From NCBI GenBank assembly GCA_964234715.1, contig OZ174276.1: a stretch of DNA of 64,000 nucleotides; one strand, given 5' to 3'. Below, in pieces: positions 38,461 through 50,342 of the stretch (the stretch's first letter is position 1; each line of letters starts with the position of its first letter). Below the pieces are notes generated by a model. The model made no database searches and was not told the origin of the DNA. It worked only from the letters and a program-made list of their open reading frames with translations. Source of the stretch: Podarcis melisellensis. Lineage: Eukaryota. The translations under genes were made by a program, and so were the position numbers.

Positions 38461-38695
38461 ATGGAATCATAGAATCTTTGAGTTGGAAGGGACCACAAGG
38501 GTCATCTAGTCCAACCCCTGCAATGCAGGAATCTCAGCTAAAGCATCCACGACAGAAGGCCACCCAAACCTCTGCTTTAAAACTTCCAAGTAAGGAGAGT
38601 CCACCACCTCTCGTGGGAGTCTGTTCCACTGTTGAACAGCTCTTACCATCAAAATGTTTTCCCAAATGTTTAGTTGGAATCTCCTTTCTTGTTAA
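38461..38695 (-). mobile_element. CR1 LINE 3' end (candidate partner LINE of the tRNA-CR1 SINEs)
   Basis: Reverse strand agctgttcaacagtggaacagactccc..ggtggactctccttacttggaagttttaaagcagagg..gattcctgcattgcaggggttggactagatgacccttgtggtcccttccaactcaaagattctatgattc. Confidence 0.9.
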
Positions 38696-38714
38696 TCTTT
38701 ACTACAAGGAGGTG

Positions 38715-38835
38715 TTCATAGTTCCCCATCCCCTTTTATCCTCACACCAACCCTGTGTGAGATAGGTTAGGCTGGGAGGCAATGACTGGCCCAAGGTCAA
38801 CCAGTCAGTTTTGTGGTTGAGTTGGGACTCTGCCC
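38715..38835 (-). mobile_element. Squam3/CORE-like SINE fragment
   Basis: ttttatcctcacaccaaccctgtgtgagataggttaggctg..tgactggcccaaggtc; reverse of the family at 23882-24030. Confidence 0.6.
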
Positions 38836-39757
38836 CGCCCCCAACCACATTTACATGCTTGTATTAGCAATAGAAACACACCTGTAGCCTTGAACCCTAG
38901 GTGACTGCTCCCAGACAAACTAAAAATTCTGGGCTAGATGGACAAATTGTATAAACTGGCACAAGTAAACTTTCAAAATATAAATATTTATTAGCAACAA
39001 TAGTGCAAAATATCTATTTTCATAGACAAATTCCCTGATCATCAGATTCTGATAGGACTCGTATTGCTCATAAGAGTCCTACAAGACCACTGTTGAATAC
39101 AGAATACCACTTTGCTGGTCAGATCCACTGTCATATATTATTTTTAATTTTGTCATTATTTCATTAAATGTATTCAAATTGCATGCTAACCTTTAAAACT
39201 TTTGCAAGATGGTGGCATCCAGCTGCATGGACATGTTCCAGTGTTTCTATTTGCAGATTATGATCAATACAGGAACAACACTGTAGAAATATTTAATGAT
39301 GAAAAAAATTGTGAGAATTATCTTGACAACAAATAATTTTCATTACAATTCTCAAAGCATATTGTACTAGCATGTGCCAAACTCAACAGGAGCCTATCTT
39401 TTTGGGCCATAAACGTTGCCAGCAAATCTGTCCATTGTGTGCTATCACTGCTTGGCAGCTCAAGAAGATGTCATCAATTGCTAGAAAACTAGGACACCAA
39501 ATTGAACACCCGTGCCTGCTATTATTCTCCTGTATACATGAATGTGTGGGTATGGAAATCTGTGCAGCAGCATACTAGTTTCCTGAACCCACTGTTTCTA
39601 TTTCATCTGATGGGCTAGAGCTAGGTAATTTCAAAATGCCACCTGAGGTTGTAGACTGGAGACAATACTATTGTTTGAAAGGGAGTTGGAAGTAGTTTGA
39701 TGGAGGCATTATGCAGGTGTATTCCTTTTGTCCAATCTGTCATAACCAGGGAATCTT

Positions 39758-39884
39758 TTTTAAATAATATTTTTATTAATTTTCAAAATAAACAAAATCA
39801 TTACATTAAAGAAAAAAGAAAAAACATAAAATAAAACATTTAAAACAACTGTATACACACTTGTGGATTTAATATTAAGTGTGT
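39758..39884 (-). mobile_element. Short 3' tail fragment of a non-LTR retroposon
   Basis: T-run and TTTATT at the left end; ~16-bp TSD ataaccagggaatctt / ataacctgagaatctt. Confidence 0.5.
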
Positions 39885-40012
39885 ATAACCTGAGAATCTT
39901 GAAGTGTGCAGAAGATGAGGTCAACAATTATGATGAGGTCCAGCTGTTTCCTTGAAAGGAGAAGCACCAACATCTTATTAGTGGCTCTGTGACAGGAAAA
40001 CAATTCTCCTAC

Positions 40013-40106
40013 CAGGGTTTTAAGTTCTGGCATCTCTCAGGTGGCCATTGTTATAAGAGAACAAGGGTGAGTTCTGGCATCTCTTTTTTCTAGAAAAATA
40101 GCACTT
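40013..40106. mobile_element. Short hAT-type MITE (family of 29651-29786)
   Basis: cagggttttt...ctagaaaaatagcact; 8-bp TSD TCTCCTAC/TCTCCCAC. Confidence 0.7.
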
Positions 40107-40483
40107 TCTCCCACCATCCTTAGACTCTGATAACATGTGCCATACAACGCCCCTATCTCCCCAGCCTTGCAAAAGTCAAAGTACAGTATACAAATAACAT
40201 GAAGGCCTTTTAATTAGCCAACCAGAGTCTACCACACTTCAAGTCTTGTCCAAGGTCCTGTTCTTGCCTTATCTCAGTTTGGGCTTGACTTGTTTAGAAA
40301 CAAGGTTTGTCTAAGCTTAGAAATAACATGCAAATCTGACAAAGATTTCATCAGATAGGACAGTGGGATATGTGTACATACAAGCAATACTCTTGCTTTC
40401 AAACTTCAATTCTTTGTGGCTTGGAAATGTATAACTGATGCTTCGGAGAATTATTTTTGTTTTCTTTTACCAAGCTGCAAACA

Positions 40484-40835
40484 GGGACGCGGGTGGCGCT
40501 GTGGGTAAAACCTCAGCGCCTAGGACTTGCCGATCGCATGGTCGGCGGTTCGAATCCCCGCGGCAGGGTGCGCTCCCGTCGCTCGGTCCCAGCGCCTGCC
40601 AACCTAGCAGTTTGAAAGCACCCCCGGGTGCAAGTAGATAAATAGGGACCGCTTACTAGCGGGAAGGTAAACTGCGTTCCGTGTGCTGCGCTGGCTTGCC
40701 AGATGCAGCTTGTCACACTGGCCACGTGACCCGGAAGTGTCTGCAGACAGCGCTGGCTCCCGGCCTCTAGAGTGAGATGAGCGCACAACCCTAGAGTCTG
40801 TCAAGACTGGCCCGTACAGGCAGGGGTACCTTTAC
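40484..40835 (+). mobile_element. Full-length, CpG-rich (young) Sauria SINE of a second subfamily
   Basis: Head gggacgcgggtggcgctgtggg; B-box GGTTCGAATCC 40547; core tgcaagtagataaatagg; tail gtacctttac; TSD aagctgcaaa(a)ca at 40472 and 40837. Confidence 0.95.
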
Positions 40836-42519
40836 AAAGCTGCAAAACAAAATATGGTTGTTATTGTGCTAAAGGTCTCTTTGCTAGCTTTCCTGTGTTG
40901 TTCCTCTATTCCGAGCAACTCTTGTATGTGCACTTTCATTTCTGTTATGCCTAATTTCATAGATCTCTTAGGTGACTGGCTCTAGTGCTGAAGAATATTT
41001 GCCTATGATCACATGACAAACAATTAAAGTCAATGATGCACACAACTGCTACAAAAGTTGTATTGTTTGTGTGTTGCTTGATCCTGATCATTGCTTTACT
41101 TGCAAAATAATACTTGGGTAATTTTCTACAAACAAACTGATTTTCCTGTATTTGTGTGTCCGCTGTGTTTCAAACAGCAATGCTATGATGAGTATTAGAC
41201 ATAATTCTATTATACAGAATTTTTTTACCATAGCTTTAATACAGTACATTTCCAGTGAAATTCAGTTTATGGGCCGAGTAGGGGGCAAAGGTTGCCTGCA
41301 GGTAGATTGCCATAACTGATGCTTGAGACCCACCTTATTTTTCTGCTATGGTGGAACAACCATCATATCTTTGCCCAGTAGGCTATGCCTACTGCAGTTT
41401 GGTCTGAGACTGAAATGAACCCATTGAATTCCTCATGTACAGATGCACTCTCCTCACTTTCTTCCACAAATCTTACACCTAGAGAGTTGTTGTATGCAAG
41501 AAATATCTGCTGTTTCATCTGCTAAAACTGAGAAATTTGTGGAAGCATCAGTCTTCACAACAAATTCGGCCACACAACTTGATTAATTTGCTTTGTGTTC
41601 TTGTAGAGGGGTACTTAGCATTGCCCACCCAAGTTTCCAGGGTTTTTTGAAATACAACATCCCTTTACTCAACATGAAACTGTAGAAGGTCTGTCATGTT
41701 ACCTGTGGTACTGGTCTTACCCTAAAGAGAAGTAATGGTCTAAAGAACAATGCTATATGACCCACAATACACAAGAGTTGATTGTATACAGTACAGTGTC
41801 TGTTTATTTTCCTGTTTAGCTCTTACATATGACTTATTAAATTGCTGTTCAATTGACACATTTGCTGTTCAGTTGACACATGTGTCCCGTATCCCTTGGA
41901 CTACTAGCTAGGGAAATAAAATGCAATAATGACATATAGGTCCTTTCAAAACAGCAGTGAACACCAACAAATGAGACTATTTAGAAAGCCATGCATGGCA
42001 AAATGCTATTGGACCCATACTATGATGCTTAAATACATAACTTTTTGTAGGGGGTCTAGGTTTGTGAAAACCACTCTAAAGCACCTGATACAAGATTTGC
42101 TTTCGGTAGTTCCCTATATCCAGCTTTTTCTGCTATTCAGGTTGTACAGTGCTAGTAGCTGCCTCAGTATTTTCATTTGGGATGTTCTCATGCCCTGCCC
42201 CTACCAGTACCTCAATATTTTCTGTCTCTTTTAGGTGCTACTTGCATGATATCCAGTGAAGCAGTATGTTCAGTATGTGTCTGAGGCTCACTTGGTGTCT
42301 TCTGCTTTTTGAAATAGCTGATATCCATACCTAAACAAACAGAAACAGCTCTCCTGTGCTTTTTCTCTCTAGCAACCATAAATAGCAAACCCTTGTGCCT
42401 TCTTTCAACCCTCACCCAATCAAAACAGTAGCACCAGAGCAGGATATTTGCGACCCATTTCCTGAGGACCTTTTCAGGACTTTCGGTTTCTATTTCCTGG
42501 GTTACTTTTGGTTTCTATT

Positions 42520-43335
42520 CTTCTTTTCTCCCCATGTTTATTGAAAGTTCAAAAAGGACATAATTATATGTGCACTAAACATAATGAGATGTAAATAAAA
42601 GAGAGAAAGAAAAAGAGAAACAGTAGCTATGTAGAAGGGAAAATAAAGGGGGGGGGCAAAAGTGTATACGGCCAAACCTCGGTTTTTGAACGTCTCCGTT
42701 GATTAACATTTCGGTTTTCGAACACCATAAACCTGGAAGTAAATGCTTTGGTTTTCGAACAAGCCTCGTAAGTCAAGCGTGCCACGTGGCTTCCTTACTG
42801 AGTTTTCTGTACTGAGGCTTCCATATCGAGTTTTCGGTTTTTGAACGTTTCAGAACTCGAACAGTCTTCCGGAAGGAATTACATTCAAAAACCGAGGTAC
42901 CACTGTACTTTGCAAAGTTGCTATTGTACTGCACCAGATCTTAACCTATTACAGTATTTGTAAGAATAGATTCCAAATATCATTGAATTTGTCCATGGCA
43001 AGTCTGTGTTTATATGCAAGTTGTTCATATGTTACGAGTTTGTACACATCTTCAATTCAATCATAGAAGGGAGCCCCATTTTTATTTTTCCAGTTAATCA
43101 GTATCAGTCTTTTTGCTGTGGTAAGGGCACGGAGAGCCCACTTGTATTGTCCTTTTGTACGGTTCCATGTGCTGGGTATATAATTCAAAAGAATATTTTG
43201 CTCTATAAATGTAAGGTTGTTCCATACAGTTCTGTTGCTAGTTTCAGTTACCTTCTGCCAAAAATCTTTCAATATAGGACAATGAAAAAACATATGTTTT
43301 AGAGAAGCACTATCCCTATTGCATCTCCACTTTTG
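42520..43335 (-). mobile_element. L1/Tx1-clade LINE 3' fragment (ORF2 zinc knuckle and 3' UTR), interrupted by a MITE
   Basis: KWRCNRDSASLKHMFFHCPILKDFW...TAKRLILINWK...KFNDIWNLFL with one in-frame stop; AATAAA on the - strand at 42537-42542. Confidence 0.8.
42669..42905. mobile_element. Tc1/mariner (Tigger-like) MITE inside the L1 3' UTR
   Basis: TA flanks; arms acctcggtttttgaa / ttcaaaaaccgaggt; right TIR gaggtaccactg. Confidence 0.8.
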
Positions 43336-43704
43336 GTTTCTGTTCTTGGCCACTGCTCACGTACTCCTCTCGAAAAGCAGGACCAGGTGCAGCAGTACTC
43401 TGGACCTCCTTACCTGGTCACAAGAAAGGCACCACAACTCATTTGTTTATATTATCATTGTATTTCTAGGGTTTCTAAACCTTGTAACATCTGTAGAAGC
43501 AGCATCCTTAGATCACAACAAGCATTTTGAGCTGCCTGCTCAGGAAAGTGCTCCTCCAAAAAAGTGCTGAGTTCCAGTCTAGCAACCACTTTCAACAGGA
43601 GTGGTCTTGTTGACTAGCTGGCATAGGAGTCAACTCCTAGAGGCTGAGGGGTCTTTGGCTTTCCCAAACAAAATATTTGAGGAGCCCTATGGAACTTGCT
43701 CCAG

Positions 43705-43860
43705 AGGGCGCAGCAATGGCTACCAACCTGGATAGCTTAAAAACAAGATTAGACCTATTCATGAAAGGAGAGGGCTATCGATGGCTATCAGCCATGACGG
43801 CTGTGTTCTTCTTCCACAGTTTAAGGCAGCAATGCTTCTGAACCCTGGGTGTTGGAAACC
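43705..43860 (+). mobile_element. CR1 LINE 3' fragment
   Basis: atggctaccaacctggatagcttaaaaacaagattagac..ttcatg..gagggctatcgatggctatcagccatg; overlaps the family at 3064-3265. Confidence 0.7.
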
Positions 43861-44319
43861 TTACCTTTGCTGGCTCACCACTGTGATGAGGCCAAGGCCT
43901 CTGCCACCTCAAGGCCTCCACTGAGGTCCACTGCTGCTGCAGACATACTTCAGGAAGCCGGGCTTCACTTCTGGAAGTGCAGGATGGTAAGTTGGCAGGA
44001 GGCAGTGGGCTGAGGCAGCCTGCACACACTTGCAGGTGTGTGTGTGTGTGTGGCAGCGGCTCGGCGGAGGCCGAGCGTGTTGTGAGTCACATCACAGGCG
44101 CATGATGCGCCTTGCCCACGTGACGCCACACACACGCATGATGCTGGGACCCCTCAATCTGGTGTGCAAGTTGGCGCCTCTGCTCAGCAGCAAACTATGG
44201 CTAGTCACGTGCACATCCCTGGCAAACACCGGTTGCCTCTGCTAATGCTGAGGATGACCCAAAGGTGAAGCTAATGACATTGTTGCCCCTCGTTTTAGGC
44301 CATTGCCATCTCATGGAAC

Positions 44320-45110
44320 ATTTCACACACAGTGTCTTACGCGGGTGGCCTCTGGCTTCTTCTCCCGCCTTTTTGGGGGGTCTCATTCGCCCCTCAGCCC
44401 AGCTTCGCCTGCATTTTGGCAACCACTTCGTTTTCTCCCTCGGCCGCATGGAGCCCTGGGCTAGCTTGCTTCAGCTTCCCGCGTCCATGTGGCGACGGCT
44501 AGTAGCTCTTGGGCTCCCCGCCCCTTGCTTCCCTCAGCTCGTAGATGTCCTAAAGGCGGGAACGGGGCGTGGGGAGGATACGGGAGGTGGAGGGGCGGGT
44601 GGGAATAGACATATATATATTTGTCGTCTTTTATGAGGAGGTGGAGCGCGGGCTTGTGCTGTTCTGCTGGCAGCGAAGCGGGGAGGAGGAGGGGAGGCGG
44701 GAGAGCTGGTGGGACAGACTGAGGTGGGTGGAGGGGGCGGGTGTTGTGCGTTTTCCTCCGCGAGCGCCGCCGAGCAGTTGCAAATTTCCCCTCAGCAGCG
44801 TGGCCAGCCCAGGAGCACCCCAGCATTTCCCAGGCAGCGACAGCGGCCAGGGAGAAGACCAGACGTCCCTGCCTATCACGAGCCTTTCCCCCTCAGCCCC
44901 GGTTGCCGCCTCCGCCGCGGACGCCTGCCTCGCCGCGGGCCCCCTCTGCCCAGTTTGACGGCGCAACAGGACGAAGAGGGACGCAGCCCGAAGGTTCAGC
45001 GGCGAGCCCGGCACCGACCTCTTCCCTCTCCCAACAGCACAGGCAGAGTCCTGGGTGAGTCGAAGAATCCGGCCTCCTCCCCACGCGTTACATTCACCCT
45101 AGGAAGATGC
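44320..45110 (+). promoter_or_regulatory. SLC6A11: CpG island / promoter of SLC6A11
   Basis: Largest GC- and CpG-rich non-repeat block in the window; GC boxes GGGGCGGG at 44592 and 44734; TATA-like tract 44611-44620; lies directly upstream of the first coding exon. Confidence 0.85.
44780..45054 (+). other. SLC6A11: Probable non-coding first exon of SLC6A11 (5' boundary approximate)
   Basis: Strong donor CTGG|GTGAGT at 45054/45055 and a polypyrimidine acceptor ..ccttctccttcag| at 45404, 13 nt before the ATG. Confidence 0.6.
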
Positions 45111-45417
45111 AGGGCAGCCCCAGGGATGCATGGCAGGTTTGCAAGGCTGCTGCATTTGGTCAGGGGAGGGATTGTGGGAAAAGGGAGCGCAATGCTCCTT
45201 GTCTCCGTTTGTATTTATCGCGCTAAATAATCCCAGCAGCAGCAGCAGGGATCTGGCAAAGTTTTGCATCTCCTGCGCTTTTTAATTGAGGCTTTTGTGA
45301 AACGGGAGATGCAAAGCAAACGGTGTGTTGACCAAGTAGAAAGGGATGTCTCAACACCCAAACCTTCCTTACTATCTCCCCTCCCTTTTCTCCTTCTCCT
45401 TCAGGCTGGAAAGAGTC

Positions 45418-45637
45418 ATGACAGCTGAAAAGACTATTCCAATAATTAATGGCAAGCCAGAGGATGCTCTGGACCCCGAAGCCTCAAGCACCAACTTGGT
45501 CCACAGTAACGATAAGAAAGTGCATGAAAGAGGCCACTGGAACAATAAGGTTGAATTTGTGCTTTCTGTGGCTGGGGAGATTATTGGGCTGGGAAATGTG
45601 TGGCGATTCCCGTATCTCTGCTACAAAAATGGAGGAG
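45418..45637 (+). CDS. SLC6A11: Sodium- and chloride-dependent GABA transporter 3 (GAT-3), coding exon 1
   Basis: [13 protein letters not shown]...[39 protein letters not shown] matches SLC6A11 (MTAEK start, [21 protein letters not shown]); donor G|GTAAGA, phase 1. Confidence 0.97.
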
Positions 45638-48600
45638 GTAAGATGGCATCATGTGTAAGTGCATAGCTTTCATGCCCTAGGGAATCGCCGAAAGGTCTGT
45701 GCGCTTAATGTCAGGAAAAAGAGGTTTTCTCAGTGTATGCTAGCATTCAGGCAGGTGTGAGCATGCCATGTAAAATGCTCCACCTGCAGTATGGAATTTA
45801 GATTAATGTAGTGACTGTGTAGAGTGATGTTGGTAAAAGGACAGGTTTGTTGGCTAGACTGAATTGAAAACACACCATGCAATCCCATTGAACCCTTTGA
45901 AAGTGTTGTTGTTGTTTTAAAAAAACAAACTTTAATGACAAATATCAGTTTTCGCTCTCAGGCAGAAGGTTTCTTTCCCTAAAGCTTGTTGCTGGTGAAT
46001 ATTGCAGAGTTTAGACAAAATCCATGTTAAATGTCTCCTAGCAAAGCAGTGCTGCCACATGGGTGTTTATTGTGGGGTTAGAGTTCCTCAGACATGCAGG
46101 TATTTAGCAGCATCCTCATGTTGTTGGGTTCAAAATGTCAGACTGTATATTTTGAACATTTAATCCAGATGTACAATTTCTAAGGGATATCCGATGTTAA
46201 CAACAACAACACTTGTTGCTAACATTCTATCTGCAAATCTCAATGGCCTATTTCCAAATTAAGCCCCCATCTAGAAGCACCCAAATAACATGTGCATTGT
46301 GCAAGATCTTTTATAGGCAGCAACACACTTATTTAACTGCATGGTGGACAGTGAAGAAAGAAACTGTTATATTGACTGCATTTGTGTGTTTGTGTGTGTG
46401 CATGCACATATATTTGCTAGTCTTTAAGGTGCCACTAGACTTTTAGTTAATATAACTCTGGAAAGTATTACCGGTTATACTGTCACATATACTGTACTCT
46501 ATACAGTTATAGAGATTTTATGTTGCATACTGAAGTTATGCTCACAGTGCAACCTTAAGCATATCTATTCAGATGGAGTTCAATGCTGTCTTGGCATGGT
46601 GTTGGCACAGCAGGCTCAAGTTTTTGTTTTTACAAATTAGGTAGACTTCATTTGTATTGCCATGGAGCTCTGTGATGACCACCGGCTTTAAATAGCTTCT
46701 AAAAGTGATTTTAAGGTCTGCCATTGGCTACTAGCTATGTTAGTATTCAGAAATATAACCATCAACCACAATTCAACACACAGTGAAGTGCTTTTATATA
46801 AGACCATCAATTCTCTGTGTCAGAAAGAACCCTGAATGCTGTTCTTGGGGCAGTCAACATGGAATGGATAGTTCTATTTTGCTTTGCTCATTGTAAACAG
46901 GTGTTAATATATCTGAGGATCGATTGAATTTTCCACTTTTTAAACATTTGAACAGTAATTCTTAAAGTCATGCCACAGTAAATGCTGCTTTTGAAAGTGT
47001 TTCAATAGTATTTTGCTATGTTTCATTACTCTGTGTGTGTTTGGGGGAGAGGTAACTGATTCTTGAGAACCACAAGTCAAGGATGTTTGGGATGAGTAGA
47101 GCTAGTAGCATGGTTCTTTGGATCCTGTCCTGATGCTAAACTTGAAGAACTTCTGCTCTGTAATAGCACAAGGAGGCAAATATGATCAATGTTTTCAAAG
47201 GAAAAGAGGGTGGATTGTAAACTGAAGAAGGGACATACCGCTACAGCAAACTCTAAACAGTATTCAGTACAGTACTGTGATATTGTGAGGCAGGATGAAA
47301 TGTAATTTGGATTAGGTATTATCCTTAGATTATTAAATGACAAAATATTCTAGATATTATCTATTCTAGGTATCTATTTATGGATCACATTCATAATAGT
47401 AACTATACCATGCAAGAAACATATATGCCTATATGCACATATGATCAATGATAAGAAAATACAATTTGACAGATGTAGCAATTATAATGCACTGTGCTAG
47501 ATGCTGATTGATTTCATTGAACTGAAATTGCAATACAATAAAAACAATATAAGATATAAAAGAAGCAATAAAATACAGTTTGAAATGCACTGTGTATCAC
47601 CTTAATGAAGTTCATGAACCTCAATTTTGGAACCCCCTGCTCTAGTGGTTCCCACCCCCACCTCCAAGGACCATTTGGACATTGCTTATATTTTTGGTGT
47701 ACCACCTAATGATTTTTCTGCCTCTTTTAGCAACTGTAATTTCACAGAATTCAAATTATAATACAATAAAGTACAATAGAAGAAATAAAACAAGAAAAGT
47801 ACAATTAATAATCAGCATAGATATTAAAAATGATGGATATGCTACCTTCCATCTTCATCCACAAATCCAGAGACATCTTGTGGATCACATGAATGAAACT
47901 TGTGGATCACTGGTGGTCCATGGACACTAGTTTGCTATACACAGTTCCACTTCCCTTTAAGTTATAAGGCTACAATTCTAGGCACACTTTTGGGACTAAG
48001 GCCATTGAATATGAGAGTAATTTATCTACAGATAAGCTTTAAGACCAGAATCTAAGCAATTGTGCAACCAGTTCCATGTGGTCAGGGGGAGATTTGGATT
48101 GTCCATTGAAGAGCAACCTCCCATACTATATGGCTAGTAGGTTATGCTTTGGCATAGAGGTGATGCTCTTCAAACGTGGAAAAGTAGAGGTGCTGGCAGA
48201 AGTGGGAGGGACTATGATGTGTGCTCAACCTATTGAGTACACTCACAATGCCTAGTTCTATCCTGACCTAAGACATTTGTAAACAACTATACAGTAAAGA
48301 TTCAAACACTGCCAAAAGAGATGGAGATTGTGTTCGTTAAACAACATGAGGGAAACTATTGGGTAGCCTGTCTACAAAGCAGCACAGAAAGTGTGAATCT
48401 TTATTTCCTGTTTCTCTGCCAACAGTTCAGGGCCAAAATATTTTGTTTTTCTCTACTGCGAAGCACCATCATGAATTTGGCCCATTTGGTTTGCTACGTC
48501 TCTTAAAAGCACAGTGTGTAGGTTTACTTGCTTTTCTTTATTGTCGTCTGTTGCTACACAGTGGCAGAAAAACAAGCTCTTCTGTATTAACAATGATTCT

Positions 48601-48914
48601 AGTTGGTTAGTGTTAGTCAATTCCTCATGCTGTTTTTGCTACATGCTGTTGACAAAGCTGGGGGTGTCATTTTTATGCCACATGATCAAGCAAATTTCCT
48701 ACTTCAAGGTATACGTTCGTCAGGGCAAAATAAGAAATATGTTTACATAAGAACACAGAAGCTCATTATTATTATTATTTTGAGGGTCTAAGTACTGCTT
48801 TTCAGTGGTTAGTGCAATACTGACTCAGAACTTCACTTCTTCAATGTCAAATTTACCGGTAGTTGAGATATTAGAGACCGTGGGACAAAGTCAACATTGC
48901 ACTATTATGATCAT

Positions 48915-49103
48915 TCCATCAGCGTACACATTTCTTCTTGCCAGATGGAATGATCTTCCTTTTCCTTGCCCCACATGATGACATGAGGATTATCCCAGTA
49001 CCCCCGGACTTGAGGGGGGGGGGCATAGGGAGAGGAAAGGGGGAAAGCCCCATTGTGCTAGTGAGACTTCTGCTAGCACAGCTATTCAATTGAATTCTGC
49101 CCA
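48915..49103 (+). repeat. Unclassified interspersed repeat (family of 13686-14020)
   Basis: Shared blocks with 13686-14020. Confidence 0.55.
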
Positions 49104-49372
49104 TGGTTAAATTTGCATTTAACCCAATGAATCAGTTTCTACAAAAATCATTAATTTGTGTGGTATGAGTGTTGAGTGCTAAAATGAACAGTATCATCTA
49201 TCTTTTCTTGTTCACATGCACATTAGAGCATGCACATTGATGATACTTGATTGGTGGTGTAGGATATGTATAGCTTTTGCTTAGGTGTTTTGAGAATTGA
49301 TGCTTGTTTTTGACATAGAGACAGGTTTGTTTGCTTTTTTTTAATATAAAGGCCAAACACTTCAATCCTATA

Positions 49373-49595
49373 CAGTGGTACCTCAGGTTAAGTACTTAAT
49401 TCATTCCGGAGATCCGTACTTAACCTGAAACTGTTCTTAACCTGAAGCACCACTTTAGCTAATGGGGCCTCCTGTTGCTGCTGTGCCGCCAGAGCACAAT
49501 TTCTGTTCTCATCCTGAAGCACTATTTCTGGGTTAGCGGAGTCTGTAACCTGAAACGTTTGTAACCTGAAGCATATGTAACCCGAGGTACCACTG
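49373..49595 (+). mobile_element. Tc1/mariner (Tigger-like) MITE
   Basis: TA TSD; perfect TIR CAGTGGTACCTC / GAGGTACCACTG (strand is relative orientation only). Confidence 0.9.
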
Positions 49596-50300
49596 TATAC
49601 CTGTACTCAAAAGTAAGTCGTACTGAGTTCAGTGGTCTTATTTCTGGGTAAGCAGCAAGGGTTGCCATCCTTTGTGGCCTTTTGGAATTCTGAGAGATTA
49701 CTCTGACACCACTACTTTGGTTGTTTTCCTCCCCACTTCCCCAGGTCAGTGTCTCTCTTCCTTGCTCCTCGACAGACAGACACTCATGAACACAAGTCCT
49801 TGCTTTTATAAGGGGTCTAGGCAAAAGTCTGATCCAGTAGAACTAAAACAGACCTTGAATTTGCATGATTTTACGCATCCTCTACAACCACAAAATTAAA
49901 GCTTGCAGTGGTAGACTGCACAGTTAAAATCACAGATCTGATGTTTTCTAGCACTACAGAAGCATTGATCCACAAAGGATCTTCATGGATCTTCATAATT
50001 TTTACAAAGGCTGATGACAAAAACCACCAAAAAACCCCACAGTGTACCCAGAGTACAGTGTACCCAAATAAAAATAAAATAAATTACAATGGATTTGTGC
50101 TTTGGATCTGCAGTTATGTACTGCGACAACATTGGAAAGCACTGGGTATGTGAATGTCATGGTTCAGTCAATGGCGATAAAAAAGATTTTCAAGGGGTTA
50201 GAGAGAGAATGAGAGATTGGTGAAAGTCAGTCACCTCCCTTCTTGAGCTGGTGTGAATATCCTGGTAGCAGAACTATACTTATAGTATTCTTTTGCCTCC

Positions 50301-50326
50301 AGTTAGTTAGTTAGTTAGTTAGTTAG
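50301..50326. repeat. (AGTT)6.5 microsatellite
   Basis: agttagttagttagttagttagttag. Confidence 0.95.
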
Positions 50327-50342
50327 ACTCACTATCCCTTTA

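Noticed and set aside
43622-44182. Possible composite MITE (cataggagtcaact ... agttggcgcctctg)
   Set aside because: The TIR match is only 11/14 and there is no convincing TSD.
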